Assembly: GCA_050013255.1 (NCBI GenBank)
Contig: JBEKFP010000003.1
Coordinates: forward strand, 64,001-128,000
DNA from: Candidatus Bathyarchaeia archaeon
GTDB taxonomy: Archaea > Thermoproteota > Bathyarchaeia > 40CM-2-53-6
Length of the DNA stretch: 64,000 nt
Direction: 5' to 3'
Within the stretch, counting starts at the first letter, position 1. Each line of letters starts with the position of its first letter. Below the pieces are notes generated by a model. The model had not been told where the DNA came from, did no database searches, and saw only the letters and a program-made list of their open reading frames with translations. Shown piece by piece: positions 10,346-18,213 of the stretch. The translations under genes were made by a program, and so were the position numbers.

Positions 10346-10870
10346 GTGGGAATATACGAATTTGAAGGGCGTATTCCGAAAATAGCACCCAACGCATACG
10401 TCGATGAAGACGCAAAGGTTCTGGGCGATGTTACAATAGGGCCGCAATGCTACGTTGGTCCAGGCGCTAGAATCAGGGGAGATTACGGGACGATTACAAT
10501 AGGTGAAAAAACGAGCATACAAGAAAACTGTGTCCTCCACGCAAGGATTAATGAAAAATGTGAAGTCGGCAACCACGTTCAAATCGGGCACGGGGCGCTT
10601 CTTCACAACTGCACAATCAAGGACTATGCTGTGATTGGCGTTGGCGCAATCGTGAGCGATTACGGGACCGTTGGAGTCTGGAGCATCGTAGGTGAGGGGG
10701 CAGTAGTAACTAGCAATCAAACGATTCCTGATGGTAAAGTTGCCGTCGGGGTTCCCGCGAAAGTTATTCGAGACGTTGTAGACGCGGATAAACAACTTTG
10801 GACTAAGTACAAGGAAGCGTATGCTGACCTCGCATTGCGATATCCTAAAGGCCTGAGGCGGATAAGGTAG
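10346..10870 (+). CDS. Gamma carbonic anhydrase family protein (YrdA/PaaY-like)
   Basis: Hexapeptide repeats, RGDYG, IQENCVLH, GHGALLH, GVPAK. Confidence 0.88.
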   Translation: MGIYEFEGRIPKIAPNAYVDEDAKVLGDVTIGPQCYVGPGARIRGDYGTITIGEKTSIQENCVLHARINEKCEVGNHVQIGHGALLHNCTIKDYAVIGVGAIVSDYGTVGVWSIVGEGAVVTSNQTIPDGKVAVGVPAKVIRDVVDADKQLWTKYKEAYADLALRYPKGLRRIR

Positions 10871-10931
10871 AAACGAATCAGGTCTTCGGCAATCTTAATG
10901 TTGGAATTCCACTAAGACTACCTGATGGGCG

Positions 10932-12470
10932 ATGCCCAAAGATCTGATAGCGGTTCTTGATTTCGGAGGCCAATATTCTCACCTCATAACTCGCCGTGTA
11001 AGAGAATGTGAAGTCTATTCAGAACTACTGCCATACACAATGACATCGCAAGACATCCTGAAACTGAAAACGAAGGGCATCATTCTCTCCGGCGGTCCGG
11101 CCAGCGTATACGACGAGAATGCTCCCAAGTGTGACCCCGGGATTTTTCGGTTAGGTGTACCTGTACTGGGGATCTGCTACGGCCTGCAAGTCATGGTTCA
11201 AATGTTGGGCGGCCGTGTGAAGGCGACAAAGCGCCGAGAGTATGGAAAAACACAGCTGAACATAATTGACCACTCGGACCTGTTCCAAGGAATCAATAGC
11301 CCCATAACTTCATGGATGAGCCATGGGGATTACGCGGAAACTCTACCTGACGGCTTCGAGGTTATAGCCAGTTCAGAAAATTGCAAAACTGCCGCCATAC
11401 GGGATCCTTCACGCCGACTATACGGGGTCCAGTTTCATCCGGAGGTCGCACACACAGAGAACGGCTTGGAAATCATAAGGAATTTTGCGACGAAAACAAG
11501 CGCTTGTTCCCAAAGCTGGAATCCAAAGTCGATAATCGAAACCGCAGTTCAACAAATTCGATCCGAAGTTGGAGATGGCGACGTCCTATCGGCTGTAAGC
11601 GGAGGAGTTGACTCAACGACGACCGCAGTGCTCGTACAGAGGGCCGTCGGCAAACGGCTGACGAGTATTTTCGTAAATCACGGCCTCTTGAGAAAAGATG
11701 AAGAGAAAGTAGTCCTAAGGACTTTGGAGGACACACTCAAACTTAATGTACATTACGTGGACGCTTCCGAAAGATTTCTCAAACGTCTCAAAGGTGTGAC
11801 TGACCCTGAACAGAAGCGGAAGATTATAGGTGAAGAATTCATCAAAGTCTTTGACGAAGAGAGTTCAAAAATCGGAACCTTTCGATGGCTAGCTCAAGGA
11901 ACGCTCTACCCAGATGTCATCGAAAGCGCGGGGACTGGTAGCATCGCGGCGCGAATCAAAACTCATCACAATGTTGGAGGAATTCCAGAGTGGTCGAGGT
12001 TCAGGATTCTCGAACCACTAAGGTTTCTGTACAAGGACGAAGTTCGCAAAATTGCACGAGAACTTGGTGTCCCTGAGGCGATTGTGAACACACACCCATT
12101 TCCAGGTCCTGGTCTAGCGGTTCGGATTGTTGGTGATGTAACGGAGGAGAAGATTCGCATATGTAGAGACGCCAGCGCAATAGTGGAGGAAGTTCTAGCC
12201 AGCCATGGCCTTTACGACTCGGTCTGGCAAGCGTTCGCTATCGTGGGCGATGATCTAGTGGTCGGAGTGCTTGGCGATCAACGCCAATTAGCGCATATTG
12301 TAACTGTCCGTATCGTCAAATCATTGGACGGTATGACCGCAGACTGGGCTAGAATTTCGCCTGATGTCCTAGAGGAGCTCAGCAGCCGAATTACGGGCGA
12401 AGTGCCTGGCGTAACTTGGGTGACATACGCCATAACTTCGAAACCGCCCTCCACGATTGAGCCGGGGTAA
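10932..12470 (+). CDS. guaA: GMP synthase (glutamine-hydrolysing), fused two-domain form
   Basis: DFGGQY, GICYG, QFHPE, SGGVDS, KTHHNVGG, PFPGPGL, KPPSTIE. Confidence 0.96.
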   Translation: MPKDLIAVLDFGGQYSHLITRRVRECEVYSELLPYTMTSQDILKLKTKGIILSGGPASVYDENAPKCDPGIFRLGVPVLGICYGLQVMVQMLGGRVKATKRREYGKTQLNIIDHSDLFQGINSPITSWMSHGDYAETLPDGFEVIASSENCKTAAIRDPSRRLYGVQFHPEVAHTENGLEIIRNFATKTSACSQSWNPKSIIETAVQQIRSEVGDGDVLSAVSGGVDSTTTAVLVQRAVGKRLTSIFVNHGLLRKDEEKVVLRTLEDTLKLNVHYVDASERFLKRLKGVTDPEQKRKIIGEEFIKVFDEESSKIGTFRWLAQGTLYPDVIESAGTGSIAARIKTHHNVGGIPEWSRFRILEPLRFLYKDEVRKIARELGVPEAIVNTHPFPGPGLAVRIVGDVTEEKIRICRDASAIVEEVLASHGLYDSVWQAFAIVGDDLVVGVLGDQRQLAHIVTVRIVKSLDGMTADWARISPDVLEELSSRITGEVPGVTWVTYAITSKPPSTIEPG

Positions 12471-12559
12471 CGATCAGAAAATCTGGCGAATAGACATAAG
12501 CCTCGCTCAAGTCAGGAGCAAAGAAAAAGAATCGGTGAAAAAAAGTTACGGTTTGTGGA

Positions 12560-12907
12560 TTACTTTGGTTTGAATGAGTGGCCGCAACCACACGTCTCGA
12601 TTGCATTCGGGTTGTTTACCCTGAAGCCTTCACCCATGACTGATTCAACATAGTCGACTTCAGATCCATCCACGTATTGCGCGCTTTGTTCGTCAACTAG
12701 AAGTTTTACTCCGTGAGCTTCAATGACATTGTCTCCGTCGGTCTGGTTGTCGAAGGCCAAACCGTACTGGAAGCCGCTGCAGCCACCGCCCGAAACATAA
12801 AGGCGCAGCCCGACGTTCTCTTTACCTTGCTTCTCTATCGCCGCTTTGACTTTCTCAGCAGCCTTCTCAGTCAACGAAATCTTCAAGGTGCTTGGGGAGT
12901 GTAGCAT
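12560..12907 (-). CDS. A-type Fe-S cluster carrier (ErpA/IscA/HesB family)
   Basis: GGCSGFQY, NPNA..TCGCGHSF. Confidence 0.93.
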   Translation of the reverse strand: MLHSPSTLKISLTEKAAEKVKAAIEKQGKENVGLRLYVSGGGCSGFQYGLAFDNQTDGDNVIEAHGVKLLVDEQSAQYVDGSEVDYVESVMGEGFRVNNPNAIETCGCGHSFKPK

Positions 12908-13039
12908 TCTAATGCACTAGGTTGCGGGTATTACGTATGGATTATTTAAGTTTAGGTCAATGAAAAACAAGACCCAAACGCATAACAAACGCCCCGCCTC
13001 CAAAGTGGGTGTTAAGCGCTTTTCGGGAGGTTTTCTTCA

Positions 13040-14176
13040 TTGACGCAGACGCTCGGCATCGTTTACAGCGACGCCTTCCAGCAGTACAATTTTGGGCCGA
13101 CCCATCCACTGAAACCTACTAGGCTGAAGTTGACCTTCGAGCTAATGAGATCAGCCAAATTACTTGCTTCGCCAAACGTGATGGTTTGCGAACCACGTGA
13201 GGCGACCTCTAATGAACTTACGCTCTTCCATGATGAAGAATATGTCAACCTAATCCATGAAGCTAGCAAGTCGGGGGAAGGGTTTCTCGATTTAGGAGAC
13301 ACTCCCGTGTTCAAAGGTTGCTACGAGGCATCAGCACTCGCGGTAGGCGCATCTCTGAAGGCGGTTGATATGGTAATGTCCGGTCAGGTAACTCATGCGA
13401 TGAACATTTCCGGTGGGCTACACCATGCTCATCCAAGCCGAGCCTCAGGTTTCTGCATCTTTAACGATCCTGCTATCTCAATCGCTTACCTGAAGAAAAA
13501 ATACTCCCTGGAGAAGATCCTCTACTTGGACGTGGATGCGCATCATGGAGATGGAGTAATGTATGGATTCTATTCAGACGCTGGTGTCTTGGACATAGAC
13601 TTCCACGAAGATGGCCACCATCTTTTTCCTGGTACTGGCTTCACGGACGAAATAGGGGAAGGTAATGCCTCCGGACTTAAGATCAATATACCCTTATCCC
13701 CCTTAACGGGCGACGAGCCGTACATGGAGTTGTTCCGGGAGATTGTTCCCGCCGCGGTAAGGAGGTATAAGCCGCAAATTCTGCTACTCCAATGTGGAGC
13801 GGATGCGCACGCAAACGACCTTCTTGCTCACTTGCAGCTCACCACCAAGGCGTACGGAGATGTCGCGAAAATCGTTCATGAATTAGCTCATGAGGTTGCT
13901 GGCGGCCGCCTCGTAGTTTTTGGCGGCGGCGGATACAACGTAGCCAATGTTGTGAGAACGTGGACGTTCGTTGCTTCTGCTCTGATTCAGTACGCGCCTC
14001 CGAGAGAGATCCCAAAGGTTTGGCAGAAGATGTTTGAAGCTCTGGTCGGGGAAAAGGCTCCGGAATGTATCAGCAGTGAGGGAGAGGCGAAGCACGTACT
14101 TTCGTCCGACGTAATCCAGAAGCAACAAGCCGAGATCCTAAAGGACCTGAAACGAAGAATACCATGTCTATCGTAG
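13040..14176 (+). CDS. Histone deacetylase family / acetoin utilisation protein AcuC
   Basis: HPLKP.R, GGLHHA, GFCIFND, DVDAHHGDG, FPGTG, GADAH, GGGGY. Confidence 0.92.
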   Translation: MTQTLGIVYSDAFQQYNFGPTHPLKPTRLKLTFELMRSAKLLASPNVMVCEPREATSNELTLFHDEEYVNLIHEASKSGEGFLDLGDTPVFKGCYEASALAVGASLKAVDMVMSGQVTHAMNISGGLHHAHPSRASGFCIFNDPAISIAYLKKKYSLEKILYLDVDAHHGDGVMYGFYSDAGVLDIDFHEDGHHLFPGTGFTDEIGEGNASGLKINIPLSPLTGDEPYMELFREIVPAAVRRYKPQILLLQCGADAHANDLLAHLQLTTKAYGDVAKIVHELAHEVAGGRLVVFGGGGYNVANVVRTWTFVASALIQYAPPREIPKVWQKMFEALVGEKAPECISSEGEAKHVLSSDVIQKQQAEILKDLKRRIPCLS

Positions 14177-14197
14177 CCTTTCATAGCAAGAGGAGTT

Positions 14198-15076
14198 TCA
14201 GGCATTCTCTGGCATTGATTCCTGCGGCTTCAGGACTCCTGTGAGGAGGTCTTTTTGAACTCGCAGATAATCCTCGGGTGTCCCAACGTCCGCCCAGTAG
14301 CCCTCATGTTTGTACCCGAAGATTGTGCCTTCCCGCATGAGCTTGGGAAACACATCCAACTCGAGCGAGGTTCGCCTTCCCTTTGGGATCTTCGCGAAGA
14401 CGGATGGGCGAATTACGTAGACGCCAGCATTTACCCAAACTTCACCAGCTGGTTGTTTTCGCGGTTTCTCAACGAAGCTTACAACTCTGTTATCATTATC
14501 GAGTTCTACGGCGCCGAACCTTGTTGGTGTCTTCGTCTTCGCTAAGACAACTGTGGCGAGCGAGTTGGACTTCTTATGCGCGTATATTAATTTGTCAAGG
14601 TCGAGTCCTGAAAAAATCACGTCGCCATTGAGGGCTAGGAAATCGGAGCTTAGCATCTGCTCAGCATTCTTGATAGCGCCTCCCGTGTCCAGTGGTTCCT
14701 TCTCGAAGCTGAAACGCAATCGTACCCCAAGCCGGTGCTCGTCCAAGTATCGCACAATTTGTTCCTGAAGGTAACCTACTGCCAATACGATCCTGTCAAA
14801 TTCGTATCGTTTCAGGTACTCAATTTGGTACTCAATCAACGCTTGGTATCCTATCGGCAGAAGAGCTTTGGGTGTTGAGAAGGAAGTCGGCCTGACCCGG
14901 GTTTCAAGCCCGCCGCACAGGATTAATGCTGTCCTTTCCGGGCGAAATTGTTCCATTCCAAGTTTCAAAAGGAATTCTGCTGTCTGGGATCGGTTGGTAA
15001 AGCGTGTACCGTCCACGAGTAAGTCCACTTTATGCATGAGCGATGGGTCTATGGTCATACTGAAACGGCGTTTCAT
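14198..15076 (-). CDS. Ribbon-helix-helix + sugar-phosphate nucleotidyltransferase-like fusion, putative transcription regulator
   Basis: N-terminal KRRFSMTIDPSLMHKVDLLVDG..FTNRSQTAEFLL (CopG/NikR-like), followed by an NTP_transferase domain with altered signature CGGLETRVRP...PK, NGD, YWADVGTPEDY. Confidence 0.8.
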   Translation of the reverse strand: MKRRFSMTIDPSLMHKVDLLVDGTRFTNRSQTAEFLLKLGMEQFRPERTALILCGGLETRVRPTSFSTPKALLPIGYQALIEYQIEYLKRYEFDRIVLAVGYLQEQIVRYLDEHRLGVRLRFSFEKEPLDTGGAIKNAEQMLSSDFLALNGDVIFSGLDLDKLIYAHKKSNSLATVVLAKTKTPTRFGAVELDNDNRVVSFVEKPRKQPAGEVWVNAGVYVIRPSVFAKIPKGRRTSLELDVFPKLMREGTIFGYKHEGYWADVGTPEDYLRVQKDLLTGVLKPQESMPENA

Positions 15077-15086
15077 GGCTAGCTTA

Positions 15087-15116
15087 GTAATACATCATAG
15101 CCTTTAATTGTATTAC
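15087..15116. promoter_or_regulatory. Bidirectional promoter with GTAATAC-N16-GTATTAC operator
   Basis: TTTAAT TATA-like box (15103-15108) flanked by GTAATAC (15087-93) and GTATTAC (15110-16). Confidence 0.6.
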
Positions 15117-15143
15117 GGTTGATTCTTGTTCGGTGTATTCTCA

Positions 15144-15257
15144 TTGGATACATGCCCGGCTTGCGGAAGCAGGGACTTGGAATTCCTCATGTCTCACGAG
15201 CAAGCAGCTCAGATCAAATGCACGAACTGCGTAAACATTTGGTGGGGCCAAAGCTAG
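15144..15257 (+). CDS. 37-aa zinc-ribbon microprotein (CPACG...CxxC-xNIWW)
   Basis: TTG start: MDTCPACGSRDLEFLMSHEQAAQIKCTNCVNIWWGQS*; paralogue at 15470. Confidence 0.7.
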   Translation: MDTCPACGSRDLEFLMSHEQAAQIKCTNCVNIWWGQS

Positions 15258-15409
15258 TCCAGAGAACAATCCGCAGCAAACTTAGCGTGCACTCTTGCCA
15301 CGAAGAATACTGGGGAAACTGCTCAATAGCAGAGAGTAACATTTTCACAGTCCTGCGGATAGGTGATACGCCGAAGGTCATACGGCGACGACTAATATTC
15401 AGTAGAGAA

Positions 15410-15439
15410 GTATTACCAGAAAGCCTTTAATTGTATTAC
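15410..15439. promoter_or_regulatory. Second copy of the promoter/operator, GTATTAC-N16-GTATTAC
   Basis: AGCCTTTAATTGTATTAC at 15422-15439 is identical to 15099-15116; additional GTATTAC at 15410-16. Confidence 0.6.
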
Positions 15440-15469
15440 ATTATTGTATAAAGGCTGGCGGTCATCTAC

Positions 15470-15622
15470 ATGATGCGTGTTTGTCCGGCCTGTGGGAGTC
15501 GGCGAATAGGATTGAGGCAGAGAAACACTTCGGAAGTACGAATTGAATATTTGCCTGCGTTTGAGGAGTTCACCCAAGTTGTATGCGCTAGCTGCCACAA
15601 CCTGTGGTGGGATCGCAGCTAA
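15470..15622 (+). CDS. 50-aa zinc-ribbon microprotein (CPACG...CxxC-xNLWW)
   Basis: MMRVCPACGSRRIGLRQRNTSEVRIEYLPAFEEFTQVVCASCHNLWWDRS*. Confidence 0.72.
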   Translation: MMRVCPACGSRRIGLRQRNTSEVRIEYLPAFEEFTQVVCASCHNLWWDRS

Positions 15623-15666
15623 GCTGGGGACGCGTGAGAGCCCACATCGCTGTGGGATATGAAGTC

Positions 15667-18027
15667 TTAACTCTTCTTTTCTGCGCATTGCTTTCTTGCA
15701 GCGTCTAGAACGACTCTCTGTTCGACTTGGGCAACCATCCTTCGTGTGTGGACTATGACATCTGGGTTCACTGAGATGCTATCTATGCCGGATTCAACAA
15801 GAAACTTCGCGAATTCAGGATAGACGCTTGGCGCTTGGCCGCAGATGCTTACGGTTTTGCCGTAGCTGTGGGCTGTCTCGATAAGTTCCTTGATTGCCCG
15901 TTTGACAGCGAGGTTTCTTTCGTCAAACAATGGCGCCAAAACTTCATTGTCCCTGTCGGCCCCGAGTATCAGCATTGTTAGGTCATTGCTGCCAATTGAG
16001 AAACCGTCCGCACCAGCTTTGCAGAATTCATCCGCCAATATTATGTTGCTGGGAATTTCTGCCATAATCCAGAGTTTGAAATCCTCTGACTGCACCAAGC
16101 CTTCCTGTCGGAGGAGCTCACGGATTTTCACGAATTCGTCTACCGTGCGGTTGAAGGGGATCATGCACCAAAGGTTTCTCATACCCATCTCGTTTCTGAC
16201 TTTCTTGACCGCAGCAATCTCAAGCTTGAATGCGGGCTGGAACCGCGGGTCAGTGTACCGGCTCGCACCTCTCCAACCGATCAGCGGGTTCGCTTCTTTG
16301 ATGGCACCCTCATATTTTTCTCCACCTTCGAGTTTAGCGTATTCGTTCGTTTTGAAGTCACTGAAGCGCAAAACGACCGTTCTCGGATAGAATGCTCTAC
16401 AGATCGTTTCAAGTCCTGCTGACAACTTGTCAACGAATTCTTCAGGGTGCTTTTGCTCAATGAGCATCATGGGATGTTTCTTGACGTGGTCGCTTACGAT
16501 GAATTCCATCCGCAGTAGGCCCACGCCGTCGACCGGTAACTGCGAGATTCTGTTGGCTAACTCTGGTTCACCAAGGTTGACGAAGATCTTTGTCCCGGTA
16601 ACAGTAGGGTCCTTGAAAGCCGCCAATCCATCTGCTGCTGGTTGAGGTCTCGTGTCGAGCTCGGGGGTTTCTAGCACTATTCCCTTGTACACGATACCCA
16701 TCTTTGCGTCAACTGTAACCTCTTCCCCGGTCTGTATTGTGTGAGTTCCAACTTTGGTTCCCGTTATGCACGGTATTCCTAATTCGCGACTTACAATGGC
16801 GGCATGGCATGTCATACCGCCGGCATCGGTGACGATTGCCCTTGACTTCTTCATTGTCGGCACCCAGTCGGGTGTAGTCATTTCGGTGACGAGGACTTCG
16901 CCGTTCTGAAACTCGCTTACGCGATCTGCCGTTAGGATAACGTGTGCCTTACCCGCTCCGACGCCAGGCGATGATGGCAGCCCTTTAAGGATAATTTTCT
17001 TCTCCGCCGCAACGAGAGGCGTGGGTTTCTTAATTGGACTTTTCTTGAGTGACCAAACTGTTTCGGGTCTTGCTTGTAGTATTAGTAGTTTCCCGGTCTG
17101 TGAGTCAACGCCCCATTCAATGTCCATTGCGTGCCCGTAGTGTTGTTCAATAGTCAACGCATATTTGGCCAGTTCAATTACTTCTTCATCTGTGATTACT
17201 TGCCGGTCCTTGAGATCGTCTGGAACCTTCTTCTCCTCTGTTCCCCCGGTCTTATTTCTCACAAGCATGATCGTCTTCGTGGGTATTTCCTTTCGGATGA
17301 TTTTCATGCTCCCCTTATCTACGTAGTAGTCATCGGGAGTGACAGTCCCCTTCACGACGTACTCTCCTAACCCATAAGATGCCTCAACCAGGATTAAGGA
17401 TTCATCGCCATTTGTTGGATCCATGGTGAACATAACGCCGCTGGATTCGGAGTAGCACATCATTTGCACTATTGCAGAAAGTGCGACGTCTTCGTGGTTG
17501 AAGCCTTTCTCAACTCGGTAGAAGATCGCGCGGTCTGTGAACAGACTCGCATAGCATTCCTTTACGCTCTCAATCACATTGCCTACTCCAGTAACGTTAA
17601 GGTAGCTTTCCTGTTGACCTGCGAAGCTGGCGTCGGGTAGGTCTTCAGCAGTTGCAGAGCTTCTAATGGCGACGAACGGGTTCTTGACTTTCTCTCGTTC
17701 GGCGAGTTTCTCATAGCCCTCGGCTATGACTCGTTCAAGTTCCTTCGGCATCGCCGCGGAACCAATCATCCCCCTGATTTCAGCACCAACCTTCTGGAGT
17801 GTGATCGTGTCGTTTGGGTCCAGCAAGGCCTTCAGGGCAGTAGCGATCTTGGATTCCAGCCCATTCCTTGCGAGGAACAACCTGAACGCGTCAGCAGTCA
17901 GGGCGAAGCCATAAGGTACCGGAACCTTCGTCTTGGAGGTCATTTCGCCCAGGCTTGCTGATTTTCCGCCAACGAGTGGCACATCTTGCTTACTGATTTG
18001 TTCGAACCAAAGTAGAAGGGGACCCAT
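15667..18027 (-). CDS. ppsA: Phosphoenolpyruvate synthase (pyruvate, water dikinase)
   Basis: VGGK.ASLGE, RSSATAEDLPDASFAGQQ, QARPETV, TCHAAIVSRELGIP, SIGSNDLT. Confidence 0.95.
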   Translation of the reverse strand: MGPLLLWFEQISKQDVPLVGGKSASLGEMTSKTKVPVPYGFALTADAFRLFLARNGLESKIATALKALLDPNDTITLQKVGAEIRGMIGSAAMPKELERVIAEGYEKLAEREKVKNPFVAIRSSATAEDLPDASFAGQQESYLNVTGVGNVIESVKECYASLFTDRAIFYRVEKGFNHEDVALSAIVQMMCYSESSGVMFTMDPTNGDESLILVEASYGLGEYVVKGTVTPDDYYVDKGSMKIIRKEIPTKTIMLVRNKTGGTEEKKVPDDLKDRQVITDEEVIELAKYALTIEQHYGHAMDIEWGVDSQTGKLLILQARPETVWSLKKSPIKKPTPLVAAEKKIILKGLPSSPGVGAGKAHVILTADRVSEFQNGEVLVTEMTTPDWVPTMKKSRAIVTDAGGMTCHAAIVSRELGIPCITGTKVGTHTIQTGEEVTVDAKMGIVYKGIVLETPELDTRPQPAADGLAAFKDPTVTGTKIFVNLGEPELANRISQLPVDGVGLLRMEFIVSDHVKKHPMMLIEQKHPEEFVDKLSAGLETICRAFYPRTVVLRFSDFKTNEYAKLEGGEKYEGAIKEANPLIGWRGASRYTDPRFQPAFKLEIAAVKKVRNEMGMRNLWCMIPFNRTVDEFVKIRELLRQEGLVQSEDFKLWIMAEIPSNIILADEFCKAGADGFSIGSNDLTMLILGADRDNEVLAPLFDERNLAVKRAIKELIETAHSYGKTVSICGQAPSVYPEFAKFLVESGIDSISVNPDVIVHTRRMVAQVEQRVVLDAARKQCAEKKS

Positions 18028-18213
18028 GTTTCAATTCCTCTGTCAGTCTCTTTGAAAGGTAACACTTCTGGGCGGAAGCCTTCAGAATAAGTAATATCTA
18101 CGTACGGTAAATACGGGAACTTACATTGACAGGCGGCCTTCAAATCGAGCCCGATTACGACAACCCCATCGCCACTTCTCCGAGATACACGCTGTAACTC
18201 AGGATAGAAGTTC

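Noticed and set aside
15119-15688. ORF-track entries 15119-15430 (+) and 15413-15688 (-)
   Set aside because: No recognisable motifs; they overlap the two paralogous zinc-ribbon microproteins, which explain the region better.
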